Assembly: GCA_003971905.1 (NCBI GenBank)
Contig: RSEE01000071.1
Span: 62,001-126,000, forward strand
From: Moniliella sp. 'wahieum'
Lineage: Eukaryota
Direction: 5' to 3'
DNA length: 64,000 nt
Position 1 is the stretch's first letter. The number at the start of each line of letters is the position of its first letter. A program made the position numbers and the translations under genes. Positions 37,530-48,906 of this stretch are shown here, piece by piece. Under the pieces are notes generated by a model. That model was not told the origin of the DNA and made no database searches. It saw only the letters and a list, made by a program, of their open reading frames with translations.

Positions 37530-40500
37530 TCAAGGAAGAGAAACAGTATATTCAACGCATGGAGGTAAGGAGGAAGCGTAGAAAGTCACAGAGGTCAATT
37601 CAACTTGGAAGTATAAACAACATGTTCCAAGTCGAACAGGATGTTCAACGGATGAGGGAGGAAGCGTAAGAATCATAGAGGTCGATTCAACTGGAGGTAG
37701 AAACAACATGTTCCAAGCCGAAAGAGGATGTTGAACGTGTGCAGGTAAGGAAGCTGTGAAAGTCATAGAGATCGATGCAACTTGGAGATATAGACAACAT
37801 ATGCCAAGTCGAACCGAAGCCAAAGTCGAACAGTAAAAACGTAGAGTTGGAGGTCGAGTAGAACCATAGAAGGCAATTCAACTTGAAAAGAAACCAACAA
37901 GTCAAATTTGGCACAGCCATGAAAAGGAGAAAAGGACCAAATTCAGGACAGAAAAAGGATGACGACTGGTCCAAACCGTCACGAGGACCAGCGTCAACGA
38001 TGGTTCGAAAGTACCTTGTAGGTGATCAGTACACTTCGCAAGCAGCACCGCTGGCAAAGGAGCGACCAAAGTCTTCGGGCCCGGGTGGGATGAAAGTGCA
38101 ACGGCTGCCCATGTAGCGTACACTAGAGACAGTGCCTCCGTCTTGAGACAGCCAAAGAAACTCCCATTTGGGCCAGAAAGGAAACCATAGCCGCCCATGC
38201 AGCCCAATAGTAACAGCACCGCCAATCTTGGAACGGTCAAGGTACCCCGCGCCCGGTCAGGTAGGAAACGGCCACAACCATTAGTGTAGCCTAAACCGTC
38301 AACAGCACCACTGCTCTTGAGACGGTCAAAGTACCCCCGCGCCCGGGTCAGACAGGAAACGGCTACAACCATTAGCGTAACCTAAACCGTCAACCGCACC
38401 ACTGCTCTGAGACGGTCAAAGTACCCCCCCCCGGGTCAAGTAGGAAACTACCACATCGAGTAGTGTAACCGAAACTGTCAACAGCAGCACTTGTCTTGGG
38501 ACGATCAAGGACCCCCGCCCAGGTCAGATAGGGAAGTGCCACCGCTGCCCGTGTAGCCCAAAACATAAACGGTGTCCCCCATCATGGATCGGTCAAAGTA
38601 CCTGTCCGAGTCATGTAAGAAACTGCCACAGCCGCCCGTGTAGCCCCAATCGTAAACGGTGCCTGTGGTCTTGGAACGATCAAAATACCACCCCCGGGTC
38701 AGATAGGAAACCGTCAGAACCGCCCATCATGTTGGATGCAATGGGAGAGAGAGACGTTAAAGCAAAGCACACAAGAGGGCCAACGAGTCCGCACATACCT
38801 CCCGAGCTAACAAGTAAGAAGGGCAGCTAGGGTGGCTTGCGTCGGTGGGCCCCGGCCTTGGGACCTCAGGTCAGTATCGATATTCTCTCCCGACAGACAA
38901 TGTGTGCCTGAGGATCGGTACCGTGCCCATACGCAATTTGGAACAGGCAGGCCTGCCAACACATGGTGAGTATCGCTGAAAAGGGTGGGTGGGAGGGAAC
39001 AGTAAGGCAAGGTGGTCCGGCGCGCGTAAATGCATGTGCGGAAGGACGGGGGCAGCCCCCCTTTTTCCCATCCCGTCGATGGCCGCAAGCTCTGACAAGC
39101 GGCAATCGCCTTCCCTGCGTATGGTGCTAGGCGACCGTGCAAGCTTGTCCGCAAGCTCGGCGACCGTTAATCTCCATGTCCAGCGCCAGGTCGACACCGC
39201 CACACGCCATCGGCCCCCTTGATCGGACGCTCGGCCAATAGCAGCGCGCGACATCGGTCCCCCTTGGTCAGGCACCAGGCCGACACGTCCACGCCGCCAT
39301 CGGCCCCCCTTTGTCGGGCGCCTGGCCAAAGCACCACACGCTATCGGCCCCCCTTCGTCAGGCGCTGGCCAATGGCACCACACGCGGTCGGCCCCCCTTT
39401 GTCGGCGCCTGGCCAATAGCACCACACGCTATCGCCCCCCTTCGTCAGGCGCTTGGCCAATGGCACCACACACGCGGTCGGCCCCCTTTGTCGGGCGCCT
39501 GGCCAATAGTGCACACGCTATCGGCCCCCTTGGTCGGGTGCCTGATGGACGTCAATGGGAACCGGGCCACCAAGCGCCTGGTCGGACGCCATGCCATCCA
39601 CCGGCCCCCCTTTGTCAGACGCAGGCAACCACGACCCCCCTTTGATAGGTGCCAAGCCAACCACGGCCCCCCTTTGTCAGACGCTAGGCCAACCACCGGC
39701 CCCCCTTCATCGGGTACCGGGCCAGCCATCGTTTCCTCTTCATCGGGTGAAGAGGCCCAAGCGCCATCGGCCCCCCTTGGCCAGGCGCCTGGACTTTAAC
39801 AGGTACCAGGCCACCGAGCGCCTGATCAGGTGCCATGCCATCCACCGTCCCCACTGTATCAGGCGCCAGGCCAGCCACCGGCCCCCCTTGATCGGGTGCC
39901 AAGTCAGCCATTGTTTCCCCTTCATCGGTGCAAAGGCACCGAGCGTAATCAGCCCCCCTTACGAGGCGCCGGGACTGCAACGGGTACCGGGCCACCAAGC
40001 GCCTGATCGGTTGTCTGATCCTGAGCCACGATAGCAACTGACATGGACCTGGGGGAATGCACCTCCCGTGACGCATAGTCACCACCCGCTGGGGGTAAGC
40101 CCGGGCCGACAGATGCCATCGCAGCCACAGGATCCGGCTTGGCGATAGCAGCTGGCGTGGACCTGGGGGAATGCACCTCCCGTGACACATAGTCACCACC
40201 CGCTGGGGGTAAGCCCGGGCCGACAGATGCCATCGCAGCCACAGGATCCAGCTTGGCGATAGCAGCTGGCGTGGACCTGGGGGAATGCACCTCCCGTGAC
40301 ACATAGTCACCACCCGCTGGGGGTAAGTCCGGGCCGACAGATGCCATTGCTGCAACAGGGTCATACCCAACAGCAGCTAACTCAGCCCCGGACTTGGGAC
40401 TAGCGGAATGCATCGTCAGTAAATCAGGACCAACGCGTGGCATCTTGCCCAGAGGCTCATGGGCGACAGCAACTGGCTCACACGCGGGCGAAGCAAGGTG

Positions 40501-41242
40501 TTCCGCTGGCTCGCTGGCACCACGAGCCGGGAAAGGCTCGTCAACGAGTGGTGCTGCAACCAGAGGTTTACCCTCTCCACCAGTGCAATCACGAGAGCAA
40601 TCCACATCCTTGGGGCCAGACACGACCACACCTTGGGGCTCTCTGATACAGTCCGCTGGGTCGAGGAGCATGTCACGCATGGCACGACGCTTCAGATCGA
40701 CACGGTGTTTGGAAGCCTGATTGTCCTCGTACAGTTTCCAAGCATTACGCACTGCCTTGATATGGCGAAAGATTGCCTTCTGCAAGTCCTCAAAAGTGGA
40801 GAAGCGATGAGACTTGGTATAAAAGACGTAGGCAACATAGAAGTCGGTCGGGTGTGAGCAAGAAGTTTTCGCCACCATGGCCCTTATTGTAGTCGGTAAT
40901 GATATCAGCCACAATAGAGTCCTTGTCTGCCACTGCAGAACCAGGGAGCGGGGAGGCGATGCCACTCATCGGCATACCCCAGTGGCGAATGGTAGGAATG
41001 ACTTCCAGGATGAACTTGGCAGCGACGTCCTCGTCAACGTCCGAAAGAACGACGCTCAGTTGAGCCCAAGCATAAGTCGTGCCCTTGATGCGAAAAGCCG
41101 GCCACTTCGCTGTCGTGCCAGGGGCTATCTCGACTTGGGAGTTGGGGTCAAACTCGCCACGACGAACATACGCTTCCACAATGTCGCGAGGCGAGGAAAC
41201 CGGGTGCGCAGAATGCGCAGAGGCAGAAGATAAGGGCGACAT
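37530..41242 (-). CDS. Putative long repeat-domain protein of the pol-less LTR element (frameshifted; possibly more than one ORF)
   Basis: Starts at the ATG inside the PBS (MSPLSS..). ORF pieces 40790-41242, 39949-40965, 39684-40370, 37902-38372 and 37530-37823 chain across single-base shifts. Confidence 0.55.
37548..37815 (-). repeat. ~88-90-bp tandem array x3 (consensus VRLGTCCLYFQVESTSMTF..SLP..VEHP)
   Basis: Recurring acaacat(g/a)t..caag(t/c)cgaa, read on the plus strand. Confidence 0.85.
38050..38727 (-). repeat. ~90-bp tandem array x7-8 (consensus GYTGGCGSFLSDPGGGYFDRSKTSGAVDGL)
   Basis: Recurring cg(g/a)tcaaa(g/a)ta, ggaaac and gtgta(g/a)cc at about 90-bp spacing. Confidence 0.9.
39200..40015 (-). 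repeat. 33-45-bp degenerate tandem array (APD[QEK]GGP-type units)
   Basis: Many copies of cggccccc(c)tt..tc(a/g)ggcgc on the plus strand. Confidence 0.85.
40022..40365 (-). repeat. 114-bp tandem array x3 (DPVAAMASVGPGLPPAGGDYVSREVHSPRSTPAAIAKL)
   Basis: Near-identical in-frame units inside ORF 39949-40965. Confidence 0.95.
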
Positions 41243-41246
41243 AACC
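41234..41246 (-). promoter_or_regulatory. Putative primer-binding site (half-tRNAiMet type)
   Basis: GGTTATGTCGCCC directly abuts the 5' LTR and resembles the Ty5/copia PBS GGTTATGAGCCC. Confidence 0.6.
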
Positions 41247-41598
41247 TGCTAGAGTGCGACTTGAGAGCACTCGCGATCCTATGGATCAGCTGCAAAGCAG
41301 CCTTCAGACAAGGCGTGAAGGCAAAGTGGTGAGCCACAAGTCTTCAAGCAACGTCTCATTGTGAGGAGCAACAGGTCAAGAAAGGAAGCAGAGGCGTACC
41401 TTCAGACAAGGCGTGAAGGCAAAGTGGTGAGCCACAAGTCTTCAAGCAACGTCTGAAGGGAAGGAGAAAGGAGAGAGAGAAGGGAGATGGAGCGAGCAGG
41501 GCGTGCGCGGCTGCGAGCGGAACGCTTCCGCTCGGCTAGGCGAGCGTCACCGATCCATTGAGGGCCGTGCAGGAGAACCCTAGCAGTACCCTCTAACA
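41247..41598 (-). repeat. 5' LTR of the pol-less element
   Basis: Direct repeat of 37035-37384. The differences seen are single-base indels. Confidence 0.95.
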
Positions 41599-41677
41599 TC
41601 TGGGTCTCCGAGCGCACCGGCTCAGCCAGTCCATCCATCCTTCCTTCCTTTGCCCTTTGGCTCCCTTGGCACCCACC

Positions 41678-43527
41678 ATGGCCGAGCCCAGTACACAGCT
41701 CAGTGCGCCGCCCAGCGCACAACCCAGTGCGCAGCACATTGCGCCCAAGTTGAAGGGGCGCAAAACGCCGCTCTACCTCGAGTTCTTCCCGCCCAAAACC
41801 GCCACCGGCAAACAACATCTCTTCTCCCGCATCGCCCGTCTCGCCCATCCCGACCAAGCGCACAACGACCCCCACATCCACACCCAGCCTCCCGCTTGGA
41901 TCGACGTCACCTGGGGCGCCGGCGGCTCCACCGACAAGGACAGCCTTGAGATTGCTGCCCGCATCCAACGCGGCGACCTGACGGAGGAGCAGGACCGATT
42001 TTCCTCCTCCTCGGACGCGCCTGCGCACCCGCAACCGGTGGACGTGTTGCTGCACTTGACCTGTACCAACGTGACGCTCGCCGCGCTGCGTGCGACGCTG
42101 CAGGCGGCGCGGCAGGCGGGGATCCGCAACTTGCTCGCCCTTCGGGGTGATCCCCGCGCGGGCAAGAGTACTGGGTCGCGGCCGACGACCGGTTCCAACA
42201 TGCCGTCGACTTGGTCAAATTTGTTCGTGCGGAGCATGGCGATTGGTTCTGCATTGGGGTCGCGGCCTACCCCGAAGGACATCCGGACGACGAAGAGGGC
42301 GACAAAGTCGGTCGCGACTTGCAGCACCTCAAGGAAAAGCAAGCGGCCGGCGCCGACTTTGTGGTGACGCAATTGTTTTACGATGCGGAGGTATTTTTGC
42401 GCTGGGAGCGACGTGCGCGCGCCGAGGGCATCACCATTCCAATTGTGCCTGCGTTCATGCCGATTGTCAACTACAATGCTTTTCGGCGGATCAGCACGCT
42501 GTGCAAGATCAATGTGCCGAGCGAGGTGCAACGGGCGGTGGAGGAGGAACGAAAAGCACGACGATGTGCGGGTGCGCGAGTACGGGACGCAGTTGGCCCA
42601 AGACATGATGCAGCGGATCTGGGACGATGCAGACTGCTACGTTGGCTGTTTCCACATCTGCACCCTCAACCTTGAGCGCAGCACCGAGTGGATCGTAGCC
42701 CAGTCGCCTTGGTGGACCAGCTCTTCTTCGGTGGCCAAGACGGCGGCGCTGGCACCGGGCGAGTGGGACGAGTTCCCCAATGGTAGATGGGGCGACATTC
42801 GCTCCCCGGCCTATGGCGAGATTGACGGTTACGGCGCTAACATCAAACTGCCACCACAGGAAGCTCGTGCGACCTGGGGCGCGCCTAGTAGCGATGCTGA
42901 GATTAGCCAGATTTTCGTCCGCTACCTCGAGGGATCCTTGTCCATCATCCCCTGGTGGGACGGGCCGTTGATGGAGGAAACGGAAACGATTCGAGATGCG
43001 CTGCTGCAACTCAACTCGGCCCAGGGCCAAGGCTGGTGGACAGTGGGCTCCCAGCCGGCGGTGGATGGCGCGCCATCGTCAGATCGTATCTACGGCTTTG
43101 GCCCGCCGGGCGGGTACGTGTACCAAAAGGCCTATGTCGAGCTGTTTGTGTCGGACGCCGACAAGCAACGCCTGACACGCGCCATTGCCAGCTCGCCCTT
43201 GGCTGAGCAAGTGTCGTACTTTGCCTGGCGGCCAGGAAGCGGCAACGAAGTAGAAACGAATGTCGCTGCGGGAGGGGCCAACTGCGTGACGTGGGCCGTA
43301 TGGCCAGGAACCGAGGTGGTACAAGCAACCTTGATTGAGCCTGCCTCGTTCCGCGCCTGGGCCGAAGAGGCATTTGCCATCTGGACCCAGTGGGCCGCCC
43401 TCTTCCCCCCGCACTCGCCTGCCCACACTTTCCTCACCGCCACGTCGCAGCAGCGCTGGCTCTGACGCTGGTACACCACGACTATAAGCGTCCCGATGCG
43501 CTGTGGAAGTGGCTCGCCCACGTCTAA
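41678..43527 (+). CDS. MET12: Methylenetetrahydrofolate reductase, Met12-like paralog
   Basis: LEFFPPKT, DVTWGAGGST, LHLTCTN, NLLALRGDP, FCIGVAAYPEGH, TQLFYD, WDEFPNGRWGD..SPAYGEIDGYG and GYVYQKAYVE. MTHFR call is firm; the paralog assignment is less certain. Confidence 0.88.
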
Positions 43528-44144
43528 TGCACACATCCTCCCATCCCAGCAGCTGCTTCGAGAGAGGCGGTACATAGTATAGCATCCGCTCTGTCGGCTC
43601 ACGACATGTACACATTGCTTGCTCCTGCGCGCCTGCGGAGGCCTGCGGCCCACCTGCCCATGCGGCCCACAGCCTGATCGCGCCCAACACGTTGAAGCTG
43701 CAGGACCGGATGGAGTTGGAGTTGGAGATGGAGATGGAGATGGACCGCGTCGGGGTGGGAGTGGTGCGTCGGAAGGGGAGCCCCAGAGGAGGGCAGCGAT
43801 GGGCTTCTGCTTCTGGCCAGCGCAGTGGGCAACGATGGGCGCGGGGCTGGCCTGCGCTGGCAAGTTGAACATTGCAAGCACCCACGTCATCGATCATCGA
43901 TCATCGACTATCTCGATTGCGGTTATCATGGATCGATGATCACCGACCAACTGCCTCGGCCAGGGAAGAGCCTGTGTGGCAGTAGGGTTGCGCCCAGGCA
44001 GCCCGAGCGTACCAGGCAACAGCCCAGGCGCCTCAGCGCCTCAGCGCACCCCGACGCCCCCGCCTGAGCACCGACGGCCATCCCCCCTCCCCCTGCTCCC
44101 TCTCCCCTTCCCTCTTCCCTCTTCCCCTGCCCGCCCCCCATCCC

Positions 44145-45378
44145 ATGATCCTCCCCGCCCGAGAACACCATCATCCAGCATGTGCTGACGCAGCGCTTCG
44201 CCTCTCCCGGCGCGGTGGACCAGACGTTCAGCGACTTTGATGGCGTTGCGTACCACGTCGAAGCGCCCAAGGCCGGTCCGCTGACGTTGTCGATGGACAT
44301 GCGGTGCTGGCCCCAGCTGGTGGCCCAAGGCGCTGACCAGGTGCTAGCGCGCGAGTACGGTGCTTACCTCCTACCTGCGTCCGAGGTCGAGTCGGGGTAC
44401 TCGGTGTCGCTCCGGTTCGACTATGGTGCGTTGCCAGAGGGCGAGGCGCGCACGGCGCTCATCCAGTCTGTCGCCTTGCTCAAGCGCAACGCTATGGCCG
44501 CCCCGTTCGAAGCTGCGTTCGCGGTGCACAAGGCACTCGCAGAACAGACCAAGGTCGTTGAAGGCGCTCACTCGGCAAGCCACACTGGCGCAGCAGAGAA
44601 ACGCTCGTCATCCCCTACCGCGAAGACGAGGCAATTTACATCCTCCCCTCGGCCGACCGCGTGACCGTCGTGTTAGTACCGAGTTCAAGGACGAGACCGA
44701 CACAGTATTTGGCCGCCTGTTCCTCCAGGTTCGTCTTACCCCCCGCCCTTGTGCTTCAGAGGTAGAGAAGAGACTGAGCCCGAGCCCGAGACTGAGCCCG
44801 AGCCCACTGCCCGCTGCCTGCTGCCTGCTGCGGACTGCTGACCCATCCTCCCGCTGGACTAGGAATTTGTCGATGCCCGACGTCGGCCCCAGATCCAATC
44901 GGCGCCGCAGGTGCTGTATTCCAACAAGGAGCCTCCGCTGGAGATTCGCCACTTGCCCAACCTGGCCCAAGGAGAGAACCTTGGCTACGTCACCTTTGTT
45001 CTCTTCCCGCGCCATTTCCAAACGCCCGAAGTGGCATTTGCCACAGTCAGCACCATCCAGCTCTTCCGCGATTACCTCCACTACCACAGTACGTCTTCCT
45101 ACCCTCTTCCTACCCTCTTCCTACCCTCTTCCCTCCGGCGTGACACTCTCGTTTGCGCGATGGAACCCCCCCCTTGCGCTTCCCAAAGGGAGCACTCGGA
45201 CAGGACGAAAGCTAATTGTGCCCCCCCTTTCCACGTAGTCAAATGTTCCAAGGCGTACATGCAGTCGCGCATGCGGCACCGCGTGGCGGAGTTTACCAAG
45301 GTGCTTAACCGGGCCAAGCCCGAGCAGGCCGACAAGGAACGCAAAACCGCTTCGGGGCGGACGTTCAAGGCGCGCTAA
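44145..45378 (+). CDS. ARC35: Arp2/3 complex 34-kDa subunit (ARPC2), 2 introns
   Basis: [61 protein letters not shown] and [12 protein letters not shown]. Confidence 0.95.
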
Positions 45379-46517
45379 GTCGTCTGCGCTGCCCTGGCCT
45401 CCTGGCCACTTGGCCACGCGTGCCCATGCCCATGCCAGGGCTCAGTGCGCGGGCAAGGGAAAAGAACAATACGATGCATATGGATGCTATGCGCGAGCAG
45501 TAGGGAGAGGAGGAGGGGGTTGGGCGTTCGATGCACCAGGGAATGATAAATGGCAGTGCAGGATGGGATGGATCCGAGGCAGGGTGCCAAGTGGGAGGTA
45601 GGCAAGAAGGAAAGCAGAGACGAGGGCCACAACGCAAGGCAACCTGGCAAACGAGGGGAAAGGGATGGAGAGCTGAGCGTTTGTTTGGTCTCGGTGCTTG
45701 TCGCTGAGATCGACACTTGGTTGGTACGCTGTCCAAAAGCAAAAAATCGTTCGAGGGGGTGAAGCTCAGTGTGTGCGCTGCATGGATAGAGTACACTCTG
45801 TTTTCCTCGCCTCCAGGTTGACGCGGCTGGCCAAGCGCCATACTTTCCTGATGCTCTCAACGTTCAACACACTAGGGACAGAAGCGGAATGAAGATATAG
45901 TTGGATTGAGGTGTGGGGTACATGGACCTACTTTAGTAGGCATTGAGAGGGAAAGCGAGCGGATGCCACTGATTCGTTCCTGCATCTTGTACCAGCGTAC
46001 AGCAGAGCCTACACTACTTCCGGTACTGACCCGATGAGATCTGAGAGCAACCTCGCACTTGTGCTGCAGCGGGGGGGGGAAGCCAAGACAAGGAGTGCGG
46101 GTACATGCATTCGTGTCTATCGTGATGTGGGCGTGGCCAACACATGGTATCCGGTATGCCCCGCTTCTTGATGGGAGTAGCTTAGGAGGTCTGTATAGGG
46201 TCGTGTGGATGTATCTCGTCAGAAAGACCAAGTGTAGTGACATCGGAAGCTAGTACTCTCGTTACCAACCCTACTTGGCGGACAGGGACAGAAAGCCGAT
46301 TGAGCAAGGCAAGACACTGGCCAGTGGCGCTGATTGCGTAGTGAGTAGTGTGACTCAGTGGGTTGCGGCAAAGCTTCAAGCTTCAATATGCGCCCCAGTC
46401 CGCGAAGCCTAAGGCCTAAGCGCTAACCCCCGCCCAGTGCCCCACCGCCTGTGTCGGCGATTGTGCATCGTTCGTCCTAACGCATTAATCCCCAACCACC
46501 CCTGGCTTTCGCCACCC

Positions 46518-48170
46518 ATGCCCTCGGCCAACGCCAACCCCAACGCCATCGACCCACCCCGCCCTCGCCCGAAGGCAGCAGACCGACGCCCACCTTCTCC
46601 ACCACCACCGCCTCCGCCTCCTCTACCTCCTCCACGTCCCCACGCCCCCGAGCCATGCCCGCTCTCGCCGTCAGAGCAGCACGGCCGTGCCGCCCTCTGA
46701 CCCCAACACCCGCCCCGAGCAGCCGCCAGGGCCCGCTATGGCCCACACGGAGACGGACGAGCACGAGGGGCCCGTACAAGGGCGGCGTGAATGGCCACCA
46801 AACCCTGCGCCGGGCCCGTCGCTTGCCCCGCCCAGATCGGATGAGATTGTGATTACCAACGTGCGCCAGGCACCTGTTTGTACGTCTCCTCTCTCGCTTT
46901 CCCCTCTACTCCTCTGTGCCCAGAGGCGGGACATGACAAGTGGAAAGGGACGCTTGCTGTGGGACCAACGAGTCGGGTTCCTACGGAGAGTAGAGTAGAG
47001 ATGGGATGGGATGGGATGGGATGGGATGGGGATATGGGATGGGATGGGATGTGGGATATGGGATGTGGGATATGGGATGTGGGATATGGGATGGAATGGG
47101 ATTGACTAACACTGCCCTGCGCGCACAGCCAGTCGGTGGAACATCGGAACGCGCTGCTGAGCATCTCAACGAATTGCAGCGCTTGATCCCAGTGGCTCAT
47201 CCCTTGCCCTGCATTTGGCTGCGACCGCGAGGGAGTTACTAAGCCCAATGCCGCGCGTGGAGAACGAGCAAACCCACTTTTACCATGCGGTGATGAGCTT
47301 GGTGCGGACAGGCCAGTTGCCGCTGGGCGATCCGGCGGTGCGCAGGATGCTCAGGGACGTACGACGGGACTCGATGGGCGCACGACTGCGCGAGGTGGAC
47401 CGACGGATCCAAGCCTTGCCTCGAGGCAAGTATGTCCGCAAAACCTACAAACCGCATTACACCCATGGCAGTGCCGTCCGCGCGCCCTTCACAGCCTCTT
47501 GCCCCCACCGCCTGTGGAGGTAGATTTGGTCGAACCGCCACTCCGAGGGCGGAGCCCGACTTGCACTGTCCCGCCCAGCTAGCCCGGGAGCGGGAGCGGG
47601 AACGGGAGCGGGAACGGGAACGGGAACGGGAACGGGAACGGGAACGGGAACGGGAACGGGAACGGGAACGAGAACGAGAACGGGAGAGGGAGAGGGCGTC
47701 CCATCCAATGAGAGCGAATGTGCCCGTTGTGCTGGGTGCAACTGTGCGCTACGCACAGCGGGGAGGGAAGAGAGTTTTTCATCTACTTTTGCCGTGTGGG
47801 CATGTGATTGATGGGGCGTGTCGCGAGCGCTTGGGTGGCGTGCATGCCAAGGCCGCCCTTGCCACCGACGAGGGCGGGCGAGCGGCGTGGGTATGCGTAA
47901 CGGCGGATTCGATGTGTTGGTGTCGTGTCCGGTCACAGAGTGCGACGAAAAGTGGACGTTGTGCCGGGCAAACCCAGCTCGGCGACAGGTGTATGTCTGA
48001 AGGTGTGGGTTCGGTTGCGTGGCCTGGACTGGTCGTACTCGTACCCTCCTCTTGCCTTGGTCCATCGGGTGCGGGTTCCTTGGGCGTTGTGGCCCCTTTG
48101 GGTGTGCGGGAGAGGGAACATTTTGCATACTGCTACATCAGCTCCCGATTGTACCAAACATAGAGAGGGC
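46518..48170 (+). CDS. Hypothetical Pro-rich protein, possibly with a C-terminal RING-like finger
   Basis: Pro-rich first exon and an intron GTACGT(46880)..ACTAAC..CAG(47128). After an (RE)n tract come CPLC and LLPCGHVIDGAC in different frames. Confidence 0.4.
47000..47101. repeat. (GGGAT)n/(GGGATRT)n intronic microsatellite
   Basis: Seen directly. Confidence 0.9.
47586..47690. repeat. (GGGAAC)n hexamer microsatellite
   Basis: Seen directly. Confidence 0.9.
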
Positions 48171-48566
48171 AGCATTGCAATAGTCCTCTGATTTCAGAGG
48201 GGCAACGTAACGATCTCATCCTCTGTATACGTGTCCACCATGCTGGCGATGATCACTACACCGTACATCAATGTGGCTGCCACGCCTGATTGGATGAACC
48301 CTTTGCAGGGTCTAAATCGTGCATCATGCATCATGTGAAGAACCATACACCTGCATCATGAAGCGCAGGCGCGACCCGAAGGGTCTGTGCGGAGAGGCGA
48401 TTGACGTTTTTGGACCTCCAAAACGTAGAGGTCCAAATCATATGAGTAGTGCTGTTCCAACGGTAAAAATGCACATTCTGCCTACCTACTCGTGGCTCCT
48501 ACACATAGATTGTTGGTGCTAAACGCACCGCTGCAGAGGACATCCAGAAATGAATTGTGCAGGGCG

Positions 48567-48794
48567 TGTTGAGCCATCAGGTGGCTCGTGCTTTGGCCAA
48601 TGTCCCTTCAGTTCCTCCTCAGGCCTAGGAGTTCCGTTGTTTTTCTCTCCTGCTTTTCCTTGTTCCGCAGCTTAGCCCCTGGTGGCGACTCGCTGCTTGA
48701 TGTTCCTCTGTAGGCGTGCTGGTTGGCTTAGACCACCACCACCACTAGTGCGATTGCATCACCTCGAGGACCATCTGGACTCCAGATCTCATCA
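48567..48794 (+). repeat. 5' LTR of copia copy A
   Basis: Direct repeat of 54122-54355. Confidence 0.95.
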
Positions 48795-48906
48795 GAGTTA
48801 CAACTCTTCGCTCATCCAGTGAGCAACGGTGATCAACCCACAATTCCCTTTCCATTCCCTCACTCCCTCCGGATCCATCCCTTTCCATCGGCGTCTTTTA
48901 TCAACA

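Larger units (their letters stand above)
37035..41598 (-). mobile_element. Non-autonomous (pol-less) LTR retroelement, 4.56 kb
   Basis: Near-identical ~350-bp LTRs with TG..CA ends. TSD TCTGG at 37030-37034 and 41599-41603. PBS-like and PPT motifs on the minus strand. No PR, IN or RT motifs recognised. Confidence 0.93.

Noticed and set aside
37400..37530. RNase H C-terminal remnant in the pol-less element (FLTRGVGDILSSFIHALALG)
   Set aside because: Only vague similarity to ADxFTK, with no upstream RNase H catalytic motifs.
37548..40365. Tandem arrays as a CRISPR-like locus
   Set aside because: Units are contiguous diverged repeats with no unique spacers, lengths are near multiples of three, there are no cas genes, and the context is eukaryotic.
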